Below, piece by piece: positions 16,871 through 26,076 of a stretch of DNA of 64,000 bases. Position 1 is the stretch's first letter; every line of letters starts with the position of its first letter. Below the pieces are notes generated by a model. The model worked only from the letters and a program-made list of their open reading frames with translations, had not been told where the DNA came from and ran no database searches. Both the position numbers and the translations under genes were made by a program. Origin of the DNA: Coriobacteriia bacterium (GTDB lineage: Bacteria; Actinomycetota; Coriobacteriia; WRKU01; WQUG01); assembly GCA_009778715.1 (NCBI GenBank), contig WRFR01000001.1, positions 3,383-67,382 of the forward strand, given 5' to 3'.

Positions 16871-17353
16871 ATGACGACCGCCGTCGTACCCGGGACTTTT
16901 GACCCAATCACCTCAGGGCACCTCGATATCATCGAGCGTGCGGCTCATCTCTTTGATGAGGTGATCGTGGGTGTGGCAGCATCGGAGCACAAGAACGGCA
17001 CCGGGCCGCTCTTCACCGCGGATCAGCGTGTGGGCTTGATCCAGGAAGCGACCGCACACCTGAACAACATCAGAGTGGCTCCATTCGAAACGCTGCTCAT
17101 CGACTTTGTCCGTGCCCAGGGAGGCGATGTCATTGTCAAGGGTCTGCGCGCGATGACTGACTTTGAGCATGAATTCCAGATGGCGGCACTCAACGGGCGT
17201 ATGAACAGCGAGGTTGAGACGCTCTTCATCATGTCTGCGCCTGAGTTCATGTATCTGAGTTCGTCTGCGGTCAAGGAGATCGCGGCTTTGGGCGGGCCGG
17301 TAAATGGCCTGGTGCCGAACTGTGTTGAAAAGGCGCTCCGTAACGGTTTTTAA
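16871..17353 (+). CDS. coaD: Phosphopantetheine adenylyltransferase
   Basis: MTTAVVPGTFDPITSGHLDIIERA… (T/HxGH). The listed ORF begins at 16805. ATG 16871 fits the CoaD N-terminus. Confidence 0.9.
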   Translation: MTTAVVPGTFDPITSGHLDIIERAAHLFDEVIVGVAASEHKNGTGPLFTADQRVGLIQEATAHLNNIRVAPFETLLIDFVRAQGGDVIVKGLRAMTDFEHEFQMAALNGRMNSEVETLFIMSAPEFMYLSSSAVKEIAALGGPVNGLVPNCVEKALRNGF

Positions 17354-17476
17354 AACTAGGGTAACGCTTCTTAATATGCCGGTTCGATTTGCCGTATGAT
17401 ACTATACGCTTCTGTTCTTTATGTGCAGTGATGGCATATAGAGAATCCGAATCACCAGATTTGAAAGGTGTGGCAC

Positions 17477-17932
17477 ATGGATATTTTGCAGCTCATCGAT
17501 CGCATCGAGGAGGCTATCGACTCAGCAAAGTCGGTTCCCCTGAGCAGCAATAAAATGGTCGATCCTGATGCGATCTTCGACATCATCGATGAGATACGCA
17601 GCCAGTACCCTGAAGATTTGAAGCAGGCACGCTGGATTGTGAAGCAGCGCCAGGAGATGACCGAGGAAGCGGAGCGCGAGGCGAACCGAATCCTGGAGGA
17701 GGCACAGGAGCGCGCGCGTGGATTGGTCGCTGATACGGAGATCGTTCGTCAGGCGGAGACCCGCGCGGCAGAGATCATGGATGACGCTCGTGCCAACGAG
17801 CGTGAGATCCGCTTGGGCGCCGAGGACTATGCTGATGAGATGATGGCCAACCTTGAGGTCAACCTTGGCAAGATGCTCACCGCTGTCCAGCGCGGCCGCG
17901 ATCGCCTGCAGGGCAAACCCATCCAGCGCTAA
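17477..17932 (+). CDS. Hypothetical acidic coiled-coil protein (151 aa)
   Basis: Charged, helical sequence (…EEAEREANRILEEAQERARGLVADTEIVRQAETRAAEIMDDARANEREIRLGAEDYADEMM…) with no Cys. SD GAAAGG 8 nt upstream of ATG 17477. It occupies the slot before rpmF. Confidence 0.4.
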   Translation: MDILQLIDRIEEAIDSAKSVPLSSNKMVDPDAIFDIIDEIRSQYPEDLKQARWIVKQRQEMTEEAEREANRILEEAQERARGLVADTEIVRQAETRAAEIMDDARANEREIRLGAEDYADEMMANLEVNLGKMLTAVQRGRDRLQGKPIQR

Positions 17933-18036
17933 GACCAAGCGCGTAGCATACTGCTCAGTATAGTTCTGCTTACTGCGCGCAAGTTTGCTATACTGAGAAA
18001 CCGTCTGAAACATAAGAAAAGGAATCGAGTAATACC

Positions 18037-18210
18037 ATGGCAGTACCTAAGAGGAAAAAAGGACGCGCAAAAACGAACTCGCGTCGGAGCAGCCACAGCC
18101 TGGAAGCGGCGGCCACACAGGAATGTCCGCAGTGCCACGAGCCAAAGCTCCCGCATCAGGTGTGCCCGCATTGTGGAACCTACAATGGCAAGCAGGTCAT
18201 CGCGGTCTAG
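18037..18210 (+). CDS. rpmF: 50S ribosomal protein L32
   Basis: MAVPKRKKGRAKTNSRRSSHSLEAAATQECPQCHEPKLPHQVCPHCGTYNGKQVIAV (57 aa, below the ORF-track cut-off). Cys4 zinc ribbon. SD AAAAGGAAtcgagtaataccATG. Confidence 0.8.
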   Translation: MAVPKRKKGRAKTNSRRSSHSLEAAATQECPQCHEPKLPHQVCPHCGTYNGKQVIAV

Positions 18211-18258
18211 CGCCCGCTCTTTGAGAGCCTTGAGCCAACTGGCCTGCTCTTGTTTAAG

Positions 18259-18286
18259 CGTGACAAACACCCCGAGGTGATCGTCA
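18259..18286. repeat. GTGACAAACACCCC-gag-GTGATCGTCAC palindromic repeat, copy 5 (imperfect)
   Basis: Shares gtgacaaacacccc with copy 2. Lies between rpmF and plsX. Confidence 0.5.
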
Positions 18287-18301
18287 CATTAAGGATTACT
18301 A

Positions 18302-19357
18302 ATGAATATCACCGCACGTATCTCCGTCGACGGCCTCGGCGGAGATTTTGCACCTCAGGTCGTTTGCGAAGGGACGAGCCTTGCGCTGCAGCGTGATAAT
18401 GCGCTGCAGGTGATACTCACCGGCCCTCAGGACGCACTGGATGCCTTGGCGCAGTCTCTGCCAGCCGAGCAACGCGATCGTCTCCTCCTTCATCCCACTA
18501 CAGAAGCCATCACGATGGGCGAGCATCCTGCCAATGCGGTGCGCACGAAGAAGGACTCCTCGCTGGTGGTCGCGGCGCGCCTGGTCAAAGAGGGAGAGGC
18601 TGATGGCTTCTTCAGCGCGGGATCGACCGGCGCCTGCCTGGCGGCCGGTACGCTTATCGTCGGGCGTATTCCCGGGGTCATGCGACCAGCTATTGGGGTG
18701 ATCCTTCCCGGCGTCAGCCCAACGGTCTTGCTTGATACGGGCGCCAATGCCGATGTCAAACCTGAATATCTGGTACAGTTCGCGCAAATGGGTGCGACTT
18801 ATGCCCAGGCTGTCCTTGAGGTAGAAAAACCCCGGATAGCGCTGCTCAATATTGGCGAAGAAGATACGAAGGGCAGCAAGCTTGCCCAGGAAACTTTCCA
18901 GCTGCTGAGCGACGCAACCCCGGGTTTCATCGGCAACGTAGAAGGCCGTGATTTGCTGACCGGAGCAGCCGACGTCATCGTTGCTGATGGCTTCACCGGC
19001 AATGTCACGCTGAAGACCCTTGAGGGTTCAAGCAGCTTCGTCTTAGGGCAGCTCAAGAGCGCGCTCATGTCATCGACCACTTCAAAACTTGCGGCTCTGA
19101 TCTTGAAAAAGCAGTTTGCGGATCTGAAGGAACGCCTTAACCCTGACCGTTACGGTGGCGCGCCCCTGCTGGGGGTGAGCGGCCTGGTCTGCATCGGGCA
19201 CGGCTCTTCCTCTGCCGAAGCTATCGCAGCTGGCATTCTTACCACGGCAAAAGCAGTGCGTGGACAGGTGGTTGCAGATATTGCGCTCCAGGTAGCTCAG
19301 GCGCAGGAAGACCGATCGCGTGCGTCGCAGGACGCCCCTGAGGTTTCGGAGGCCTGA
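18302..19357 (+). CDS. plsX: Phosphate acyltransferase PlsX
   Basis: 351 aa. …VDGLGGDFAPQVV…GSTGA… PlsX fold. Conserved position before fabD/acpP. Confidence 0.9.
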   Translation: MNITARISVDGLGGDFAPQVVCEGTSLALQRDNALQVILTGPQDALDALAQSLPAEQRDRLLLHPTTEAITMGEHPANAVRTKKDSSLVVAARLVKEGEADGFFSAGSTGACLAAGTLIVGRIPGVMRPAIGVILPGVSPTVLLDTGANADVKPEYLVQFAQMGATYAQAVLEVEKPRIALLNIGEEDTKGSKLAQETFQLLSDATPGFIGNVEGRDLLTGAADVIVADGFTGNVTLKTLEGSSSFVLGQLKSALMSSTTSKLAALILKKQFADLKERLNPDRYGGAPLLGVSGLVCIGHGSSSAEAIAAGILTTAKAVRGQVVADIALQVAQAQEDRSRASQDAPEVSEA

Positions 19358-20296
19358 GTGGGACAGAAGAGTCTCGCGCTCATCTTCACCGGCTATGGCG
19401 CGCAGCATCAGGGCATGTTGCGTAACTTGCAGAACTTGCCTGATGTGAACCTCGAACTGACGCGCTTGCTCGACGCGGCGGAAGGGTTGAGTGAACTTCA
19501 GCTCACCAAAATCGCCGAGTCAGGCCCCGATAACCTGCTCGCCGAACCACGAGTCGCTTTTCCTTTGCTATTTATCGCTGATTATCTCTGGGCGCATTAC
19601 GCGCGAGGGGTCGGCATGCGTCCACAGGTCATGGCCGGCCATGATGTAGGAGAATACGCTGCTCTGGCCCATGCAGGCGTGCTGTCGACGACGTCGGCGC
19701 TCGACCTGGTGGTCAGACTCTCCCGACTTCTGGAAGAGGGCGCCCGTGACAGCGATGGGGCGACCTTGGTGATCCTGGGCCTTCCGGTCGCCGATGTCAG
19801 GAAATTTCTTGCTTCGAACTCTTCCCAGGGCCAGGTCTGGGTATCATGCGATAACAGTGCTGACCAGGTTATCATCGGTGGAGTGCAGAGCGTGCTTGAA
19901 GCGTTGATGCCTGGTCTGCAGAGTGTAGGGGCGCGCCAGGTGCTGCTCAGCCCACATCGTGGCGCCTTCAACACTCCGCTGGTCTCTAAAGCGGCGGATC
20001 GGTATCGTGGCATCCTCGGACAGACCGAACTTCGGGACGCGAAGATACCCGTGATCATGAACGCGACAGCACAGGTGGCCACAGGCAGCTCGGAGTTCCT
20101 TGAACCGTTGGCCTCACAGGTCACCCATACCATCCGATGGCGGGAGACCATGGATCACATTGCTGCACACGCGCCGGTCATCTGCGTCGAAAGTGGCCCC
20201 GGCAGCACGCTTTCTGACCTGAACGATACCGATGAGGGTATTGAGTATTACTCGCTCGCGCAAAGTGGTATCATCAAGCTCTTGAACAGACTATAA
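19358..20296 (+). CDS. FabD-like (malonyl-CoA:ACP transacylase fold) protein with substituted catalytic residues
   Basis: Aligns to FabD along its full length (LIFTGYGAQHQGM ~ FVFPGQGSQTVGM; MAGHDVGEYAAL ~ MAGHSLGEYSAL; LLSPHRGAFNTPLV ~ PVSVPSHCALM). Q11, the catalytic Ser and the catalytic His are replaced by Y, D and N respectively. Confidence 0.7.
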   Translation: MGQKSLALIFTGYGAQHQGMLRNLQNLPDVNLELTRLLDAAEGLSELQLTKIAESGPDNLLAEPRVAFPLLFIADYLWAHYARGVGMRPQVMAGHDVGEYAALAHAGVLSTTSALDLVVRLSRLLEEGARDSDGATLVILGLPVADVRKFLASNSSQGQVWVSCDNSADQVIIGGVQSVLEALMPGLQSVGARQVLLSPHRGAFNTPLVSKAADRYRGILGQTELRDAKIPVIMNATAQVATGSSEFLEPLASQVTHTIRWRETMDHIAAHAPVICVESGPGSTLSDLNDTDEGIEYYSLAQSGIIKLLNRL

Positions 20297-20373
20297 GCTC
20301 TGTGGTTTAATGCAAAAGAGCGATCGCTGTGAGGCGGCCGCTTACGAAACGAGTTGCGTGAAGGAGGTGCAGT

Positions 20374-20613
20374 ATGGAAAGAAGCGAAGTACTGAAGACT
20401 ATCACTTCGGTCGTCGCCGACCAACTGGGCGTCGAGGCGAGCGAGGTCAAAGAGTCATCTTCCTTTATTGAGGACTTCGGAGCTGATTCGCTCGACCTTG
20501 TGGAGCTGGTTATGGCATTCGAGGACGAATTCGGTGTCACTATCCCTGATGAGGATGTAGAGAATATCAAGACAGTAAGTGATGCGGCAGATTTTATCAC
20601 GGCGCACGCCTAA
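20374..20613 (+). CDS. acpP: Acyl carrier protein
   Basis: …DLGADSLDLVELVMAFEDEFG… with the DSLD phosphopantetheine attachment site. Confidence 0.9.
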   Translation: MERSEVLKTITSVVADQLGVEASEVKESSSFIEDFGADSLDLVELVMAFEDEFGVTIPDEDVENIKTVSDAADFITAHA

Positions 20614-20634
20614 GTCTTTCTTACAGACTATCGA

Positions 20635-20668
20635 GAGAACTCCTGCTTGTGTCAGGAGTTCTTTTATT
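20635..20668 (+). terminator. Rho-independent terminator after acpP
   Basis: GAACTCCTG-cttgtgt-CAGGAGTTC followed by TTTTATT. Confidence 0.65.
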
Positions 20669-20791
20669 AAAACGTGATCGGCGTCCGCTGGGCAGGCGTC
20701 ACAATACGAAGCGGGCTCTTGCCCGTGAGTTTTGTGAGAACAAACCCAGCGGGCGCCCAGCGCGTTTTATGTAGGATACAATAGATTAGCT

Positions 20792-21496
20792 ATGGCTATA
20801 CGTATATCAGAAAAAGAGATCGATGCGCGCTTGCAACGGGCAGAGGAGCTCCTCGGACATCACTTTGCGGATCGCGCCCTGCTCAGGCAGGCTCTCACGC
20901 ATGCTTCAGCGACCGAAGGGAGCCCTGAAGACGATTATGAACGCCTGGAGTTCCTTGGCGATGCGGTAGTTGGTTTCCTGATCGCAGACACCGTATTCGA
21001 ACAATATCCTGCGTTTCCCGAGGGAGACCTGACAAAGCTGCGGGTCGCGGTCATCAACGGAAGCTTTCTTACCGAAGTCATGCTGGAGCGCGGATTTGCA
21101 GAGCTCATCATATTCGGTGCAAGCGAGCAAGGCGTGGGGTCGCGCGGCCTGCCTTCAGCGCTGGAGGATATCTATGAGTCCTGTACGGCGGCGCTTTATC
21201 TCGATAGTGGCCTGAACGAGGCGAAGCGTTGGGTACTCGACACCCTCGGACCGTACCTGGATCCTGAGTTGTTGGCGACCGCGGCCAGCCCTAAGTCACG
21301 CCTGCAGGAGATCATGCAGGAACAGGGCCGACAGGTGAGCTACAGCATCGTGAATGTAGAAGGACCTGCGCATGCCCCCTGTTTTACTGCGGCAGCTTTG
21401 ATCGATGGCGCAGAAAAGGCTCAGGGGTCAGGCTCTTCGAAGAAAGAAGCTGAGAGCGCAGCAGCGGCGCTCGTTCTCGAGAGGCTCGTGGGATAG
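20792..21496 (+). CDS. rnc: Ribonuclease III
   Basis: …ERLEFLGDAV… RNase III signature plus a C-terminal dsRBD. Confidence 0.9.
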   Translation: MAIRISEKEIDARLQRAEELLGHHFADRALLRQALTHASATEGSPEDDYERLEFLGDAVVGFLIADTVFEQYPAFPEGDLTKLRVAVINGSFLTEVMLERGFAELIIFGASEQGVGSRGLPSALEDIYESCTAALYLDSGLNEAKRWVLDTLGPYLDPELLATAASPKSRLQEIMQEQGRQVSYSIVNVEGPAHAPCFTAAALIDGAEKAQGSGSSKKEAESAAAALVLERLVG

Positions 21497-21573
21497 AATA
21501 ATGAGCATGAGTAGTGCGGGAATAACGAGAGTCGTAGATCCCCTGTGTTGCGAGTGTCTGAGAGAGGCAGCTT

Positions 21574-24500
21574 GTGTATCTTAAGTCATTGACCCTTAAA
21601 GGCTTCAAGTCTTTTGCGGATCGAAGCCTGCTTGCGACTGAACCAGGCATCACGTGCATCGTGGGGCCTAATGGTTCGGGCAAGTCAAACATCAGCGACG
21701 CCGTGCTCTGGGTCTTAGGAGAGCAGAGCGCGAAGACCTTGCGCGGTCAGGCCATGGAAGACGTCATCTTTGCGGGTTCGAGCGCGCGTGCGGCGGTCGG
21801 GGTTGCAGAGGTCGATCTGGTACTTGATAACAGCGACGGCGTTCTACCTCTTGAATTCTCTGAAGTGACTATCACGCGCCGTATGTATCGTTCGGGCGAG
21901 AGCGAGTATCTCATTAACCAGAGCCCGACCCGCTTGCTCGATATCATCGATCTGCTGCACGATACTGGCCTGGGCCGTGATGCGCATTCGATCATCAGCC
22001 AGGGACATCTCGCCGAAGTCCTTGAAGCGCGCCCGGAGACACGACGCGCTCTCATAGAGGAAGCGGCGGGTACGCTCAAGCATAAGCGCCGCAAAGAGCG
22101 CGCGCTGCGCCGCCTGACGGGCCTTGATGAGAAGCTGCAGCGCGCCGCTGACATTGCCAAGGAGATCGATCGCCAACTGCGTCCGCTTGAGCGCCAGGCG
22201 TCGCGAACCAGCAAACATCAGGAGCTGACTGACGAGCTGCGCGACCTTGAAGTGGCGCTGGCGGTCGATGAGCTGCGGGGGCTGCAAAACGACTGGGACG
22301 CGCTTCTGAAGGAGGAAAAGGAGTCCGAGGCGGCTCTTGAGATCGCGCGCTATAAGCTGGAAGAACGAGAGCATGAACTCGACAAATTCCAGCACCTTCT
22401 GGAAGAAAAGGGGCTGTTTGTCGGCGACCTGGGCGAGCAGCGCCGCCGCATGCAGTCGATTCTTGAGCGCCTGGACGCCAGCATGCTGCTTCTGGAAGAG
22501 AAGGGGAAGAACCTCATCGCCCGGCTCTCTGAGCTGCGGATGAACCTGTCGCACGCGCAGACCCAGATACAGACGGCGCATACCAATCATGAGACGCTCG
22601 AGCGTGAGCGTACGGAGGCTGACGCAGAGCTTCAGGAGCTTTACAGCCAGCTGGCGGAACTTCAGCGTGTCTGCGAACAGGCGCGCAAAGCGCGCACCGC
22701 AGCCGATGAATCCTTTAGCAAACTATCAGGCGATCTGCGAACAAAACAGGCCAAAAGTGACGAAGCCCGAGTCAGGAAGCTCAAGTTGGAGCAGGAGCTC
22801 GCTTCGCTCACAACGCAGAAGGATCTTCTTTCAGGCCGTACCGAGGCGCTGGACGCAGAACTGGTGAACCTGCATGAGACCCTGGCATCACGCCGGGCGC
22901 AGGCAGGGACGATCGAAAGTGATTACCGCCGCCTCGAGCGTGAGATCAGCGCGGCCGAGCTTGACGTGGACAAACGGGTCCGGGTCAACGAGTCAAGGCG
23001 CAAGGAACTCGAGACGATCCGCAACGACCTGTATGCCGCCCGCGGCGAGCAGGGCGCGCTCGAAGAAATGGAGCGCGCGCTTATCTCGGCGACGCCAGCT
23101 CTTGAGCAGGTACTTGAAGGCGCGTCTGACATCGAGGGCTTTGAGTCCGCCGTGTCGGCGACGATCGCCGCAGAACCAGAACTTGAGACGCTCACTGAGC
23201 GCGTCCTGGGCGCTGACCTCTTCGGCGTGTTTGTACATGACCGCAAGGCGGCTGATGGTCTGGCAACCCAGCTTGCTGGTCACGAGCGCGGTGAGCTTTC
23301 CATCATCCCCCTGGAGGGGTCATCTGGCCCTGCGCGCCCGGAAACTCTGCCGTGCGGAAGCTATCTGCTCGACCATCTGACTTATGACGAACGTTTTCAG
23401 TCGGGGCTCTACCTGCTTCTTGGTGACGTAGTATTGGTCAAAAACGTGAAGGAAGCGACCAGGATCATAGCCGAGCCATCTGCTGGCTTGCGCGCGGTCA
23501 CTGAGGGAGGGATCCTGTTCTGGCCCACAGGCAAAGTCAGCCTGGGTCGGCCTATCGCAGATAACGAGGGCGTGCTGGCGCGTGTGCGCCGCATCAATGA
23601 ACTGGGAGACCTCCAGGCTCAACTAGAGGCCGACCTGGGGGAACGCGAGTCTGAGCTAGCCCTGGCAGAGGAAGCGCTCAGCTCGGCCCAGACTGACGCA
23701 CTTGAGCTCAACCAGCGCGCAGCGAACTTAAGTGGCCAGCGCGACTCGCTTCTGCAGGAACTGACCCGCATTGAGGATCAAACCACGAAGCTTGAAGCTG
23801 AGCGCGCGGCTTTGGGTGATCGCTTAAAAGAGGTCACAGGTGACTTAGAGATCCATACGCCGGAAGCAGAGGCAGTTGAGGCCGAGATCGAAAGTCTGGC
23901 CGAGACGATCGATATGCTGCGTGACCAGGCAAAAAACCAGGAAATTGACCGTGATACGAAGTTTCGTGATGAAACGGCGGCGACCGACAAGCTCTCGGTC
24001 TGCCAGGTGGCGATCGCTACTGTCAGCGAGCGCGTGAAGCATCTGACAGCGCGTTTTGGGGCCGCGTCAGAGGAAGTAGAGCGATTGGACGCGATGATCG
24101 AGCAGACTGCTGCGCTCGAGCGTGCGCTTGAGCTGCTGCGTGAGCGGGTCGAACCGCTGCATGGGCTCTTCCAGGCGCTGCAGGAGCGCGCGGACTACTG
24201 GGCTATCATGTTGCGTGACCGCGCGAATCTTGAGCAGAGCGACAGCGCCAGCCTGCGCACCACGATCCATGAGGCACAGTCCAATATGCGCGAGGCGCAA
24301 GCGGACTTGCATACTGACGAACAAGCGTTGGCCGACCTCAGAGTGCGTAAAGGCCAACTGGAGATTACGGTCAATACGGCGGTCGGAAAGATCGTCGATC
24401 AGTACGGCATGCCGCTTGAGCAGGCACTCGAACTGCCGGAGGTCGAGGATCGGTTGCAGGCTGAAGACCGGACTTTGACACTGCAACGCAAGATAACGCA

Positions 24501-25128
24501 TTTGGGAAGCATTAACCCCATTGCTCATGAGCAATATGAGAGCCTGAAATCACGCGGGGAGTTTATGGCAGAGCAGATCGCCGACCTGGATGGAGCACGC
24601 AAGGCCCTGACCAAGGTCATTACGACGATCGATCGCAAGATGCGCGAGCGCTTCCTGGAGACGTTCGAAGAAGTAGATAAGCACTTCCAGGGCATCTTCG
24701 CGAACCTGTTTCCGGGGGGCTCGGCGCAACTATTGCTCGACAATCCCGATGACCTGGATACGACTGGCGTCGACTTCGTGGTGCAACCGCGCGGCAAGAA
24801 GTTGAAGAAGATGACGCTTTTGTCCGGCGGGGAACAGGCGCTGGTGGCGATCGCCCTGCTCTTCGCGCTCAACGAAACCCGCCCCTCGCCATTCTATGTG
24901 CTCGATGAGGTCGAGGCCGCGCTTGATGACAGCAACCTGCGTCGCTTTGTCAACTTCGTGATCGCGCGCCGTCATGAGACCCAGTTCCTGATCGTGACCC
25001 ACCAGCGTCGTACGATGGAGGTTGCCGACATGCTGTATGGTGTGTCAATGCAGGCCGATGGCGTTTCAAAGCTGGTCAGCCAGAAGTTGGAACAGGCCTT
25101 GTCAGCTCTTGAGACCGCAAAAGGGTAA
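21574..25128 (+). CDS. smc: Chromosome partition protein SMC
   Basis: 1184 aa. N-terminal Walker A GPNGSGKSN, long coiled coils, hinge, C-terminal LSGGE…DE signature. Confidence 0.9.
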   Translation: MYLKSLTLKGFKSFADRSLLATEPGITCIVGPNGSGKSNISDAVLWVLGEQSAKTLRGQAMEDVIFAGSSARAAVGVAEVDLVLDNSDGVLPLEFSEVTITRRMYRSGESEYLINQSPTRLLDIIDLLHDTGLGRDAHSIISQGHLAEVLEARPETRRALIEEAAGTLKHKRRKERALRRLTGLDEKLQRAADIAKEIDRQLRPLERQASRTSKHQELTDELRDLEVALAVDELRGLQNDWDALLKEEKESEAALEIARYKLEEREHELDKFQHLLEEKGLFVGDLGEQRRRMQSILERLDASMLLLEEKGKNLIARLSELRMNLSHAQTQIQTAHTNHETLERERTEADAELQELYSQLAELQRVCEQARKARTAADESFSKLSGDLRTKQAKSDEARVRKLKLEQELASLTTQKDLLSGRTEALDAELVNLHETLASRRAQAGTIESDYRRLEREISAAELDVDKRVRVNESRRKELETIRNDLYAARGEQGALEEMERALISATPALEQVLEGASDIEGFESAVSATIAAEPELETLTERVLGADLFGVFVHDRKAADGLATQLAGHERGELSIIPLEGSSGPARPETLPCGSYLLDHLTYDERFQSGLYLLLGDVVLVKNVKEATRIIAEPSAGLRAVTEGGILFWPTGKVSLGRPIADNEGVLARVRRINELGDLQAQLEADLGERESELALAEEALSSAQTDALELNQRAANLSGQRDSLLQELTRIEDQTTKLEAERAALGDRLKEVTGDLEIHTPEAEAVEAEIESLAETIDMLRDQAKNQEIDRDTKFRDETAATDKLSVCQVAIATVSERVKHLTARFGAASEEVERLDAMIEQTAALERALELLRERVEPLHGLFQALQERADYWAIMLRDRANLEQSDSASLRTTIHEAQSNMREAQADLHTDEQALADLRVRKGQLEITVNTAVGKIVDQYGMPLEQALELPEVEDRLQAEDRTLTLQRKITHLGSINPIAHEQYESLKSRGEFMAEQIADLDGARKALTKVITTIDRKMRERFLETFEEVDKHFQGIFANLFPGGSAQLLLDNPDDLDTTGVDFVVQPRGKKLKKMTLLSGGEQALVAIALLFALNETRPSPFYVLDEVEAALDDSNLRRFVNFVIARRHETQFLIVTHQRRTMEVADMLYGVSMQADGVSKLVSQKLEQALSALETAKG

Positions 25129-25137
25129 GGGCGCCTT

Positions 25138-26073
25138 ATGAGTGAATTGAGCTGGCGCGAACGCCTGACCCGTGGGCTGTCGAAGTCCCGTGATCGCCTG
25201 TCCGGGCAGATCAACTCTCTTCTGGGGCATACTGCTGAGCTCGATGAGGACTTTTGGGAAGGCCTGGAAGAGAGCCTGGTCGGCGCTGACTTCGGCTTGA
25301 CAGCGACCGAGGATATCGTCAGTGAACTGCGCCGTGTCTCTGATGCCCGCGCCCTGCCGGATGCCACAGCGATCAAGGCTGAACTGGTCCGTTTGATTGC
25401 AGCCGAGTTCCCGACGGAGGGCGACCCCTTCCAGTTTGTACCGGTCACCGTTTTGCTGGTCGGCGTCAACGGCACGGGCAAGACGACTTCTGCGGGCAAA
25501 CTGGCAAAACAGGCAGTTGACGAGGGCAAGACCGTACTGCTGGGCAGCGCTGATACCTTCCGGGCCGCTGCCGCAGAACAACTTGACGTCTGGGCCCAGC
25601 GCGCCGACGTTGAGATCGTGCGACGCGAGCGGGGCAGCGACCCTGCCAGCGTGGCGTTTGAGACCGTTGAGCGTGCTGAAGCGCTCGACTGTGACCTGAC
25701 TATTATCGATACGGCTGGCCGCCTGCATAACTCGCCTGATCTGATGCGTGAGCTCGAGAAAGTGCAGCGGGTGACACGCGACCGGGCAAACGACCCTGTG
25801 TTCACCGTGCTGGTGCTTGACGCGACGACCGGGCAGAATGGCCTGACCCAGGCGCGCGAGTTCAACAAGATCCTGGCGCTCGACGCCCTGATACTGACCA
25901 AGCTGGATGGTACCGCCAAAGGCGGCATTGCGGTCGCTATCGCGCGCGAACTTCAGATTCCGCTTGTGCGCATCGGCGTGGGCGAGAGCATCGAAGATCT
26001 GCGGGCGTTTGACCCTGAGGAGTTCGCCTGGGCGCTGATTTCAGGCAACGGCGACGAAGGCGAGGGAGAGTAG
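25138..26073 (+). CDS. ftsY: Signal recognition particle receptor FtsY
   Basis: NG domain: VGVNGTGKTT, DTAGR, TKLDGTAKGG. Confidence 0.9.
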   Translation: MSELSWRERLTRGLSKSRDRLSGQINSLLGHTAELDEDFWEGLEESLVGADFGLTATEDIVSELRRVSDARALPDATAIKAELVRLIAAEFPTEGDPFQFVPVTVLLVGVNGTGKTTSAGKLAKQAVDEGKTVLLGSADTFRAAAAEQLDVWAQRADVEIVRRERGSDPASVAFETVERAEALDCDLTIIDTAGRLHNSPDLMRELEKVQRVTRDRANDPVFTVLVLDATTGQNGLTQAREFNKILALDALILTKLDGTAKGGIAVAIARELQIPLVRIGVGESIEDLRAFDPEEFAWALISGNGDEGEGE

Positions 26074-26076
26074 CCG

